From: Gemmatimonadota bacterium
Lineage (GTDB): Bacteria > Gemmatimonadota > Gemmatimonadetes > Gemmatimonadales > GWC2-71-9
Length of the DNA stretch: 64,000 bases
Assembly: GCA_041487875.1 (NCBI GenBank)
Contig: JBGPOE010000002.1
Coordinates: 8,121 to 72,120 of the forward strand
Direction: 5' to 3'
The notes beneath the pieces were generated by a model that was not told the origin of the DNA, did not search any database, and saw only the letters and a list, made by a program, of their open reading frames with translations. Position numbers and translations under genes: made by a program. How positions within the stretch are numbered: the stretch's first letter is position 1; every line of letters begins with the position of its first letter. This document shows positions 10,867 through 18,978 of this stretch, piece after piece.

Positions 10867-11960
10867 GAAGCGAACGCGGAACGCGGAATGGGGAATGCGG
10901 AACAGGTGCCCGCGTGCTGGTGGCGATGTCCGGCGGAGTGGACTCGTCCGTGGCTGCCGCCCTGCTAGTCGAACAGGGCTATGACGTCATCGGCGCGACG
11001 CTGAAGCTGTTCTGCTACGGCGACGACGTGCCGGATCGCCCCTGCTGCTCGCTCGATTCGATCACCGACGCGAAGCTGGTGGCGCACAAGCTGGGCATTC
11101 CCCACTACGTGCTCAATCTGGAAGACCGCTTCGGCCACGACGTGATCGACGACTTCGTGCGGGAATACGCCCGGGGCCGCACGCCGATCCCCTGCGTCCG
11201 CTGCAATGCGTTCACCAAGTTCCGAGACCTCCTGTCCCACGCCGACGCGCTGGACTGCGACTACCTGGCTACGGGCCATTACGTGACGGCGCGGGACGGC
11301 GCGCTCTTCCGCGGGCGCGATCCCCAAAAGGATCAGTCGTATTTCCTCTGGGGCATCAACCGCGCCGTGGTACAGCGGATGCTCGCCCCCGTGGGCGGAC
11401 TCACCAAGCGCGAGACGCGGGCCGTGGCCCGCCAGCTCGGCCTCGTGACCGCCGACAAGGTCGAATCGGTGGAGATCTGCTTCGTCCCCGACGACGACTA
11501 CGTGGCGGTACTCGAACGGCGGCTGCCGGCCGACGCCCCGGCGCTCACACCGGGCCCGCTCGTCACCACGGGTGGCGATGTGGTGGGCGAGCACGCCGGG
11601 TTCGCGCGCTACACCATCGGCCAGCGGCGCGGGTTGCCGGGCGGGTTTGCCGAGCCGATGTACGTGGTCGCGATCCGGCCCGAGACGCGCGAGGTGGTGG
11701 TGGGTCGGGGCGAGGAGTTGTTCGGACACACCGTGTCCCTCGACGAGGTCAACTGGCTCACGGAGCCGCTCGCGGCCGGCGATCCCGTATGGGTGCAGTG
11801 CCGCTACCGCGCCCGCGCCGTGCCCGGCACGGTAGATGCAATCGGCAACGGACGGCTCGCGCTCCGGCTGGCGGAGTCGGTCCGGGCGATCACGCCCGGT
11901 CAGTCGGGCGTCCTGTACGACGACAGCGAGCGCCTGCTCGGAGGCGGCCTCATCGCCTGA
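10863..11960 (+). CDS. mnmA: tRNA 2-thiouridine(34) synthase MnmA
   Basis: PP-loop [18 protein letters not shown] and a typical MnmA body. The ATG at 10863 overlaps the nifS-like stop (ATGA). The alternative GTG at 10914 gives the canonical short N-terminus and would leave the heptamer array 10870..10903 intergenic. Confidence 0.85.
   Translation: MRSERGTRNGECGTGARVLVAMSGGVDSSVAAALLVEQGYDVIGATLKLFCYGDDVPDRPCCSLDSITDAKLVAHKLGIPHYVLNLEDRFGHDVIDDFVREYARGRTPIPCVRCNAFTKFRDLLSHADALDCDYLATGHYVTARDGALFRGRDPQKDQSYFLWGINRAVVQRMLAPVGGLTKRETRAVARQLGLVTADKVESVEICFVPDDDYVAVLERRLPADAPALTPGPLVTTGGDVVGEHAGFARYTIGQRRGLPGGFAEPMYVVAIRPETREVVVGRGEELFGHTVSLDEVNWLTEPLAAGDPVWVQCRYRARAVPGTVDAIGNGRLALRLAESVRAITPGQSGVLYDDSERLLGGGLIA
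10870..10903 (+). repeat. Tandem heptamer array GCGAAC GCGGAAC GCGGAAT GGGGAAT GCGGAAC
   Basis: Read directly. It lies between the nifS-like stop and the PP-loop region of mnmA. Confidence 0.85.
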
Positions 11961-12033
11961 GTGCCCCAGGTCACATCCCGCCCCGCGCCGGCCAGCTAGC
12001 ATAGGGGTTCCGGACATTCTTTCTGGAGGTGCC

Positions 12034-13158
12034 ATGAGCAGCTTCCGCGTTCTGCGCTATCTGGCCGGAGGCGCGGCGCTCGCCGCGATCGTCGTGGCGT
12101 GCAGCGACTCGACCGGCCCGGGTTCGCTCGCCAATCCGACCCAAACGTCGGCGGCGGTGGCGAGCATAGACAGCTCGTTCGCCACACCCGTGTTCCGGAG
12201 CTTCGCCGCCGTGGGCAGCGCGCTCTCCGCCACAGGCCCCGCGGCCGCCGCGCCCATCGGCGGGCTGCTCTGGGGGACGTTGCCCCACGTCCCGGGCCTC
12301 GCGGGCCGGGCATTCTCGAACGCGGCACGGGCGCGCGCCCTGCAGCGGCTGGCACCGGCGCTCAGCCTGATGGCTTCGCCGTCGGGCATTTTCCCGGATT
12401 CGGTGCGCGGCAAGACGTTCACCTACAACTGCGCGGGCGGCGCCTACATCCGCGATACCCTCTCCGGTGCCGACGCCAATGGCATCCGGATTCTCTTGTA
12501 TGCGGTCGACACGACCGCCACGATCGTCTGCCCGGCCACGGAGGTCGGGTACGTCGATATCATCGACGTCGGCTCGGCGACCGTGCCCGCGGTGCGCTTC
12601 GTCGTGAAGAGCGCGAACGGCACGGTCACCTACGTCGATTATACGGTCAGCGGCCACAGCACCAGCACGTCGTTCACAGCGTCGGTGGCGGGATACGTGA
12701 CGGATGGCTCGCACCGGCTCGATTTCGCGATGACGGTCACCGGCAACCTCACCGGCGTCACGGCGAACGCCACGCTCGACAACAACGCGGCGGATGCGCA
12801 CGTGGCGCTGTATGAGCGGATCACCCAGACCACAGACGGTCTGTCGCTTACGGTCGACTACCGCATCACCCACGGCGGCGAGAGCGTGCGGCTCTCCGGC
12901 AGCCTGACGGTGGATACGCTCGGCAATGTGACGGCGCATTTCACGATCCAGGCGGGCGGCGGCACCTTCGCCACCATCACCGCGACGCCGAGCGACACGG
13001 GCGAAGTGGTGACCTTCACGGGGCCGGGCGGGCGGCAACTCACGGCGGACGAGCTGGCCGCCCTCGGGCGCCTCTTCGAAGCGCCGCAGGACCTGTTCGA
13101 CGAGCTGGGCGACTTGGTGAACCCGGCCGGTAACCTGATCGGTTTCGGCGGCCCGTGA
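12034..13158 (+). CDS. Hypothetical lipoprotein, paralog 1 of 3
   Basis: GGAGG lies upstream of the ATG. Signal peptide with lipobox (AAIVVAC). Shares FPDSVRGKTFTYN, GIRILLYAVD and the C-terminal LTADELAALGRLFEAP with the next two genes. Confidence 0.7.
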   Translation: MSSFRVLRYLAGGAALAAIVVACSDSTGPGSLANPTQTSAAVASIDSSFATPVFRSFAAVGSALSATGPAAAAPIGGLLWGTLPHVPGLAGRAFSNAARARALQRLAPALSLMASPSGIFPDSVRGKTFTYNCAGGAYIRDTLSGADANGIRILLYAVDTTATIVCPATEVGYVDIIDVGSATVPAVRFVVKSANGTVTYVDYTVSGHSTSTSFTASVAGYVTDGSHRLDFAMTVTGNLTGVTANATLDNNAADAHVALYERITQTTDGLSLTVDYRITHGGESVRLSGSLTVDTLGNVTAHFTIQAGGGTFATITATPSDTGEVVTFTGPGGRQLTADELAALGRLFEAPQDLFDELGDLVNPAGNLIGFGGP

Positions 13159-13184
13159 CGGGCTGACCCGGGATGGCAAGCATG

Positions 13185-13230
13185 CGCCCCCGTCGGGCCC
13201 TGGCCCGGCGGGGGCGTTCATGTTATTCGT
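13185..13230 (+). terminator. Intrinsic-terminator-like hairpin after lipoprotein paralog 1
   Basis: CGCCCCCGTCGGGCC / GGCCCGGCGGGGGCG arms with 1 mismatch, followed by TTCATGTTATTCGTT. Confidence 0.55.
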
Positions 13231-13243
13231 TGAGGGTCCGGTC

Positions 13244-14224
13244 ATGCGACATCCGGCCTTCGCAGTCCGCCTGGCGCTCGTTCCGCTCAGCCTTCTGGGC
13301 GCGGGCTGCGCCGACCCCGTCGAGCCCGCGCGTCCGCCGGACCCGGTCCCGACGGTGTCGGCCATGACCGACGCCGACGCCATCCTGCGAGCCTCCCTGC
13401 TGCAAACCTACATAGCGCTCGCGCCCCAGATGGCCGTGGCGCGCGGGTCCGGGACCGTGTTCGGCGACACGCTGTTCGGCAAGACGCTCGAGTGGAGCCC
13501 GGCGGACGCGCGCTACCTCGAGGGCGCGCGGGCGGGGGCGCCGGCCGGCGCGGTGCGGTTCCTCCTGTACCGGCCCGACGCCACCACCAACGCCAATCCC
13601 ACCTACCCGCTGGTGGAAGTGGGCATCACCGACCAGATCGCCACGACGAGCCGCGGGGCTCCCGCCCTGCACACCGTGCTGCGCGACTCGGCGGGCGCAC
13701 TCCCGGCCGGGGATTACGTGGTGGGCGGCAGTTTCGGCACCGAGGCGTACACCGTCACCCTCGACGGGACGATCCGCCAGGCGGTGGCCGGGACGGTGCA
13801 TATGACGCTCGACGTCGCGCCGACGATCACCCAGGCGCTCATCACGGTGGCCGTGCCCCAGCGGGACGTGGCAGTGCGTTCGTTTCACTCGGATGTCGTG
13901 GCCGGGGACACGTTGTTCGGCTCGCTCGACTTCCGGGTCACGCACGGCGGGCACACGGTCAGCATGATCGGGACGTTCGTCCTCACCCACGTCGCCGCTG
14001 CCCGCCCCGACGAGATGCTGGATCTGACATTCCGGGACGGCTCAGTGACCTTCGCCACGATGCGCGGCACGGCCGACGCGCCGCAGATTCTGGACGGTGA
14101 CGGCGCGGCTGTCTCGAGCGGCGCCGCGTTTGCGATCTCCCGCCTGCTCGGCGCTCCGGATCGCTACTTCACGAGCGTTACCCGCATGGCGCAGCCCGAC
14201 TTCGCGCTGTTGCGGGGGTATTGA
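13244..14224 (+). CDS. Hypothetical lipoprotein, paralog 2 of 3
   Basis: MRHPAFAVRLALVPLSLLGAGC lipobox. Shares the GKTLEW and VRFLLYRPD motifs with its neighbours. Confidence 0.65.
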   Translation: MRHPAFAVRLALVPLSLLGAGCADPVEPARPPDPVPTVSAMTDADAILRASLLQTYIALAPQMAVARGSGTVFGDTLFGKTLEWSPADARYLEGARAGAPAGAVRFLLYRPDATTNANPTYPLVEVGITDQIATTSRGAPALHTVLRDSAGALPAGDYVVGGSFGTEAYTVTLDGTIRQAVAGTVHMTLDVAPTITQALITVAVPQRDVAVRSFHSDVVAGDTLFGSLDFRVTHGGHTVSMIGTFVLTHVAAARPDEMLDLTFRDGSVTFATMRGTADAPQILDGDGAAVSSGAAFAISRLLGAPDRYFTSVTRMAQPDFALLRGY

Positions 14225-14235
14225 GTCTGCGACGA

Positions 14236-15183
14236 ATGCCCCGCCGCACCTGGGTGTTGCTCGTCGTAGTCGTGGCGTGCACCGACCTCGGCTCGACCGT
14301 GATTCCTTTCGCCCCCGACGTCATCGCGGCGAACATCAATACCGCCACGGGTCTGATCACGTCTCCCGTGTTCGCGAGCTTCGCCGGGCTCGGGCCGCTG
14401 ATCCGGGTCCCCGGCACGTCGCCCACGGCGCCGTACTTCCCCGACTCCCTGCGGGGCCGCACGTTTACCTGGAATATCGGCACACACGCGTACGCGCTGG
14501 CCACGCAGGATACGACGCCCGCGCGCGGCGTGCGCTTCATTCTGTACGCCGCCGATTCCGTGACCGGGCGCCCGGTGGAGCCCACCGCCCAGATCGGGAC
14601 CGCCGAGTTTCAGGACGGCCCGCCCGATACCACCGCGCTGCACGTGCGCGTGGACGGGGGCGCGCCCGAGACCGTCGTCGCCTACCTGCTCAGCGGCACG
14701 TTTCACGCGGACTCGTTCCAGGCCGTGGCGGGCGGCTGCGTGGACGACAGCAATGCGCGCAATCTGTGCGTCACGGCGAGCGTGCAGCAGCGGCTCGCGG
14801 GCGGCGTTACGATCGTGACCATCTCGGGGACCGCCACGGCGACGGCCGTGTCGTTCGCCTTCGATCTCGTGTTCCACTTCTCGGCCACGGGATTGGTTGA
14901 TACGGTGGACGTGAGCGCCCTGTCCGACATCGAGTCGCAGCAGATTCGCATGTCCGGCACGACACAATTCGGGACCGTCACCAAGGCGGATCTCGCCTTG
15001 AGCGTGAACGACAAGCCGTTCGCCACGGTGCGCGGTACGGGGACGCTGACCGTGCGCCGCTCCAACGGCGAGGCCCTTTCCGCGGAGGAGCAGGCGCTGA
15101 TCGGTGCGATGTTCGCACTGCCGGGCGAGCTGCTCGACCTGTGCCGGGCGCTGGCGCGCCCGGGCCAACAGCTGCTTTCTTGA
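14236..15183 (+). CDS. Hypothetical lipoprotein, paralog 3 of 3
   Basis: MPRRTWVLLVVVVAC lipobox. FPDSLRGRTFTWN, GVRFILYAAD and LSAEEQALIGAMFALP are shared with paralog 1. A TTG at 14221 is an alternative start. Confidence 0.65.
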   Translation: MPRRTWVLLVVVVACTDLGSTVIPFAPDVIAANINTATGLITSPVFASFAGLGPLIRVPGTSPTAPYFPDSLRGRTFTWNIGTHAYALATQDTTPARGVRFILYAADSVTGRPVEPTAQIGTAEFQDGPPDTTALHVRVDGGAPETVVAYLLSGTFHADSFQAVAGGCVDDSNARNLCVTASVQQRLAGGVTIVTISGTATATAVSFAFDLVFHFSATGLVDTVDVSALSDIESQQIRMSGTTQFGTVTKADLALSVNDKPFATVRGTGTLTVRRSNGEALSAEEQALIGAMFALPGELLDLCRALARPGQQLLS

Positions 15184-15200
15184 TCACACGAGGCCGTCTC

Positions 15201-16502
15201 ATGACCAGCAGCCGCCGTCACTTTCTGCGCTCCCTGTTCGCCGCCTCCGCCGCCGTGCCCGCCTTCCGCAACGATACGCTGGACCGCGTGGCGGGGATCG
15301 TCGCGCGGGCCAAGCACACGTCGCCCGGAGACGGCGCGCAGGACGAGGACTTCTGGCAGGAGATCCAACGCGCGTTCGTGATCGATCGCACGCTCATCAA
15401 CTTGAACAACGGCGGTGTGGCGCCGAGCCCGCGCGTGGTGCAGGACGCGCTGCAGCGCTACCTCGAGATCTCGAACCAGGCGCCGTCGATGACGATGTGG
15501 GCCTGGTTGGAGCCGCAGATCGAGTCGGTGCGGCGGCGCCTGGCGGCCAATTTCGGGTGCGACCCCGAAGAGATGGCGATCACCCGCAACGCCAGTGAGG
15601 CGCTGGAAATCGCGCAGCTGGGGATGCCGCTCGAACGCGGCGACGAGGTGCTGACGACGACGCAGGACTACCCCCGCATGATCACGACGTGGAAGCAGCG
15701 GGAGCGGCGCGACGGCATCGTCCTGAAACAGATCACGTTCCCGGTGCCGCCGCCGTCGCCGGACGATCTGGTGCGCCGCTTTGCCGACGCGATCACGCCC
15801 AAGACCAAGGTCATCCACGTCTGTCACATCACGAATCTCACCGGCCAGATCTTCCCGATCCGCCAGATCATGCAGCTGGCGCGGCCGCGGGGGATCGAGG
15901 TGATCGTGGACGGCGCGCACGCCTACGCGCACTTCCCGTTCAAGCGCGACGAGCTGGACTGCGACTACTACGGGACCAGTCTGCACAAGTGGCTGACGGC
16001 GCCGATCGGCACGGGCTTCCTCTACGTCCGCAAAGAGAAGATCGCGAAGATCTGGCCGATGATGGCGGCCCCGCCGGAGATGAACGGCAACATCCGCAAG
16101 TTCGAGGAGATCGGCACGCACCCCGCGGCAAACCACAACGCGATCGCCGAGGCGGTGACGTTTTACGAGATGATCGGTGCGGAGCGGAAGGCCGCGCGCC
16201 TGCGCTATTTGCGCGACCGCTGGGCCAAGCGGATCGAGAAGCTCCCCGGCGTGAAGATTCTCACGCCGTACGACCCGGCGCAGTCGTGCGGGCTCGCGTC
16301 GTTCACGCCCGCCGCGCTCGATGTGGGCAAGGTGGGAGGCTTCCTCTGGGATCGCTACCGCATCATCGTCACGCCGATCGTGCATCCCGAGTTCTCCTGC
16401 GTCCGCGTGACGCCCAATGTCTATACGACAACGGATGAGATCGATCGGTTCGCGGTGGCGATGGAAGGACTGCTCACGAGCGGGTTGCCAGTCACGCAGT
16501 AG
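15201..16502 (+). CDS. Class V aminotransferase-fold PLP enzyme (isopenicillin-N-epimerase/cysteine-desulfurase-like) with a twin-arginine signal
   Basis: N-terminus MTSSRRHFLRSLFAASAAVPAF (Tat motif SRRxFL). PLP lysine context GTSLHKWLTAPIGTGFLY. Confidence 0.8.
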   Translation: MTSSRRHFLRSLFAASAAVPAFRNDTLDRVAGIVARAKHTSPGDGAQDEDFWQEIQRAFVIDRTLINLNNGGVAPSPRVVQDALQRYLEISNQAPSMTMWAWLEPQIESVRRRLAANFGCDPEEMAITRNASEALEIAQLGMPLERGDEVLTTTQDYPRMITTWKQRERRDGIVLKQITFPVPPPSPDDLVRRFADAITPKTKVIHVCHITNLTGQIFPIRQIMQLARPRGIEVIVDGAHAYAHFPFKRDELDCDYYGTSLHKWLTAPIGTGFLYVRKEKIAKIWPMMAAPPEMNGNIRKFEEIGTHPAANHNAIAEAVTFYEMIGAERKAARLRYLRDRWAKRIEKLPGVKILTPYDPAQSCGLASFTPAALDVGKVGGFLWDRYRIIVTPIVHPEFSCVRVTPNVYTTTDEIDRFAVAMEGLLTSGLPVTQ

Positions 16503-16510
16503 GCAGCCGC

Positions 16511-16564
16511 CAGAATAGTTGCCAGACGGCAAGTTGCCAGCGGTTACAAGAGGAGAGTTGCCAG
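16511..16564 (+). repeat. GTTNCCAG-word element, half copy
   Basis: Contains three GTTGCCAG words. By hand count, 44 of 54 positions are identical, ungapped, to 43745..43798. Confidence 0.75.
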
Positions 16565-16792
16565 GTGAGACTGAACCATGTGTTGCTCGCAACGGCGGTG
16601 CTGCTCGTCGGATGTGGCGGGAGCGACGCCAGCAAGCAGCAGAACGCCATCAACCGCGACACGCTGACCGAGCGGCAGCGCGACTCCGTCCTGGGGCAAT
16701 CGCGCATTCCGGGCGCTTCGGGCGTGGCGAAAGCCATGCGCGTGGCGGACTCGACCAGCGCGCAGGTGCAATCGACGGACACGATACACTGA
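16565..16792 (+). CDS. Small lipoprotein (75 aa)
   Basis: The GTG start is preceded by AGGAGA at a 9-nt spacing. Signal and lipobox MRLNHVLLATAVLLVGC. The composition is not the Arg/Ala-rich kind seen in shadow ORFs. Confidence 0.55.
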   Translation: MRLNHVLLATAVLLVGCGGSDASKQQNAINRDTLTERQRDSVLGQSRIPGASGVAKAMRVADSTSAQVQSTDTIH

Positions 16793-17295
16793 GCGCTCGT
16801 CCCCGGGGCCTCTGCGCCGCCCTGGCGGCGCTCCTCGCCGCCTGCGGCCCGGCCGATCCCTGCCACTCTACGGCGTTCCGGCTGCTCGCCCGCACGTCCC
16901 TGCCCTACGCCGGAGACTGGGTGGTGGCGCGCGGCGACACGCTCACACTGCCGCAGATGGGCGACCGCTTTCGGCTGCACGACGTGCGCCTCGACACCAC
17001 CACCACCGCGGCCGGGAAGGGCTGCCGCTTCCGCGGGGCGCTCGTCTTCACGGTCCCGCGGCGCGATACGTTTCCCGTCACCTGGTTCGGGCAGGCCGCG
17101 TCGTTCGCGCAGGCGGGCCGTGTGATCATCATCGGCTGGCCCGTCGATCTCGGACCCTTCTCAGGGATCGAGGCGACCCAGTGGGGCGACTCCCTCGTGG
17201 GCAACCTGCTGTTCGACGCGCGGCTCGGCATTCAGGTCAAGCCGGGGGTCACCGCGCAGTTCGTGGCGGGCCGCCCGCACCCGCGCAGCCGCTAG
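16789..17295 (+). CDS. Hypothetical lipoprotein, probable CTG start overlapping the upstream stop (CTGA)
   Basis: A lipoprotein signal (SARPRGLCAALAALLAAC) begins exactly at the CTG at 16789. No ATG, GTG or TTG lies between it and the Arg-rich upstream extension, which overlaps the previous gene. Confidence 0.45.
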   Translation: MSARPRGLCAALAALLAACGPADPCHSTAFRLLARTSLPYAGDWVVARGDTLTLPQMGDRFRLHDVRLDTTTTAAGKGCRFRGALVFTVPRRDTFPVTWFGQAASFAQAGRVIIIGWPVDLGPFSGIEATQWGDSLVGNLLFDARLGIQVKPGVTAQFVAGRPHPRSR

Positions 17296-17311
17296 CGATT
17301 ATCTTTCGCGC

Positions 17312-17722
17312 ATGACGACGGACGACGGCGTGCGTTCGCGTTGGGGCTTTGTGGGCGGGCTCGCCGGCGGCGTGATCGGCGGCTTCACGTGGGTGGTGGC
17401 GGGCGGCGTGGTGGCGCACGCGCCCGCATTCGTGGCGGGCGGCATCACCGCTGCCGTCCTGGTTTTCGCCGCCGCGCTCGCGGCGTCGGCGCGGCTCCCC
17501 GACCGGCCGCTCGGCGTCCTCGGGGTCACCATCCTCGCGATCGTTCTGTTGGACGGCGTGTTCCTCGCCTTCCTGTTGCCGCGACTCCCCGAGTCCGCGA
17601 CCGGACTCTATTACGGCACGTCGCGGACCGCATTCGCCAGCTTGCGGCCGCTGCTGCTCGCCGCGAGCATCGCCGGCGTGGCCCTGGTCATCGTGGACCT
17701 GTTCCGCCAAGGGAGGGAGTGA
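17312..17722 (+). CDS. Hypothetical integral membrane protein
   Basis: 136 aa with about 4 hydrophobic helices (GGLAGGVIGGFTWVVAGGVVAHAPAFVAGGITAAVLVFAAAL...). No recognised family. Confidence 0.5.
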   Translation: MTTDDGVRSRWGFVGGLAGGVIGGFTWVVAGGVVAHAPAFVAGGITAAVLVFAAALAASARLPDRPLGVLGVTILAIVLLDGVFLAFLLPRLPESATGLYYGTSRTAFASLRPLLLAASIAGVALVIVDLFRQGRE

Positions 17723-17723
17723 G

Positions 17724-18212
17724 ATGCCCCTATCGCGTGCCGAGCGCGAGACGCTGATCGAGCGCTACGCCAAGGGCCCCGCCGTGCTCAAGGCCGCGCT
17801 CCAGAAGATTCCCGCCGCGGCCATGCAGTGGCGCCCCGGCCCCGGGAAGTGGTCCGCGCACGAGATCATCGTGCACTGCGCCGACAGCGAGACCAACTCG
17901 CACGGCCGGATCCGCCAGCTGCTGGCCGACGAGACACCGGTCATTCACGGCTACGACCAGGACCGCTGGGCGCGCGAGCTCGACTACCACACGCTGCCGC
18001 TCGAGCCGGCACTCGCCACCACCACAGCGGTGCGCGCCAATACGGTGCCGATCCTGCGACGCCTCAGCGACGCGCAATGGCGCAAGAGCGGTACGCACAG
18101 CGAGTCGGGCACGTACGCGATGGAGGACTGGATCAGGATCTACGCCGCGCACCTCGAGGGCCACGCGCGCCAACTGGAGCGCAACCTCGCCGCCTGGAAC
18201 GCCCGCTCATGA
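17724..18212 (+). CDS. DinB-family (DinB_2) four-helix-bundle protein
   Basis: WSAHEIIVHCADSE...H...IYAAHLEGHARQLE, a His-triad pattern typical of DinB/YfiT-like proteins. A GGGAGGGAG RBS lies upstream. Confidence 0.7.
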   Translation: MPLSRAERETLIERYAKGPAVLKAALQKIPAAAMQWRPGPGKWSAHEIIVHCADSETNSHGRIRQLLADETPVIHGYDQDRWARELDYHTLPLEPALATTTAVRANTVPILRRLSDAQWRKSGTHSESGTYAMEDWIRIYAAHLEGHARQLERNLAAWNARS

Positions 18213-18604
18213 GAGGGTTCTTCTTCCGCCTGGTGATCACGGCGCTGGGACTGTGGCTCGCCGCGACGATCGTGCCGGGCGTGTCCTTCGAGGGCTGGGG
18301 CGCCCTGGTGGTGGCGGCCCTGCTGCTGGGCATCGTGAACGCCGTGATCCGGCCGATCCTCCTCGTCCTCACGTTCCCGATCACGCTATTGACGCTGGGC
18401 CTGTTCATTCTGGTGGTGAACGGGATCTCGCTGGCGCTCGTGGCCTGGCTGGTGCCGGGCTTCCATGTGACCGGCCTCCTGGCCGCCGTGCTCGCCGCGC
18501 TGGTCCTGGGCGTCACCGGGTGGCTGGCGTCGTCGTTCGTGGGGCGTTCGGGACGGATCGAGCGCTTCCGGACCATCGAAGTGACGGGCCGCCGGATCGA
18601 CTGA
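18209..18604 (+). CDS. Phage-holin-4_2 family (4 TMS) membrane protein
   Basis: MRGFFFRLVITALGLWLAATIVPGVSFEGWGALVVAALLLGIVNAVIRPILLVLTFPITLLTLGLF is the classic pattern for this family. ATGA overlap with the DinB gene. Confidence 0.72.
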   Translation: MRGFFFRLVITALGLWLAATIVPGVSFEGWGALVVAALLLGIVNAVIRPILLVLTFPITLLTLGLFILVVNGISLALVAWLVPGFHVTGLLAAVLAALVLGVTGWLASSFVGRSGRIERFRTIEVTGRRID

Positions 18605-18972
18605 TGGACCGCTTCTTTGCCGCCGCGGGCGCCGTCTCAGCGTTCATCGCGGTCCTGGCCGGGGCGTTCGGCGCGCACGCGCTCAAGAACCGGCTCTCCC
18701 CCGATCTGCTCGCGGTGTTCGAAACGGGCGCCCGCTACCAGATGTACCACGCGCTGGCGCTCTTCGCGGTCGCCTGGGCGCTCGCCCGCTGGCCCACGAC
18801 GCCGACGCGGGCGGCGGGCTGGTTGTTCCTCACGGGCACGGTGTTCTTCTCGGGCAGCCTCTATCTGTTGAGTCTCACCGGCGCGCGCTGGCTCGGCGCG
18901 ATCACGCCCGTGGGCGGCCTGCTGTTCCTCGCCGGTTGGGCGGCGCTCGCGGCAGGCGTGCTGGCGCGCTAG
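18604..18972 (+). CDS. DUF423 (YgdD-like) membrane protein
   Basis: GAFGAHALKNRL...FETGARYQMYHALAL motif. The start overlaps the previous stop. Confidence 0.78.
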   Translation: MDRFFAAAGAVSAFIAVLAGAFGAHALKNRLSPDLLAVFETGARYQMYHALALFAVAWALARWPTTPTRAAGWLFLTGTVFFSGSLYLLSLTGARWLGAITPVGGLLFLAGWAALAAGVLAR

Positions 18973-18978
18973 GCCTGA

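Noticed and set aside
14703-16592. A 629-aa minus-strand ORF across the third lipoprotein gene and the Tat aminotransferase gene.
   Set aside because: The composition is Arg-rich and low-complexity. The opposite strand encodes a clear PLP enzyme with a Tat signal and a lysine motif.
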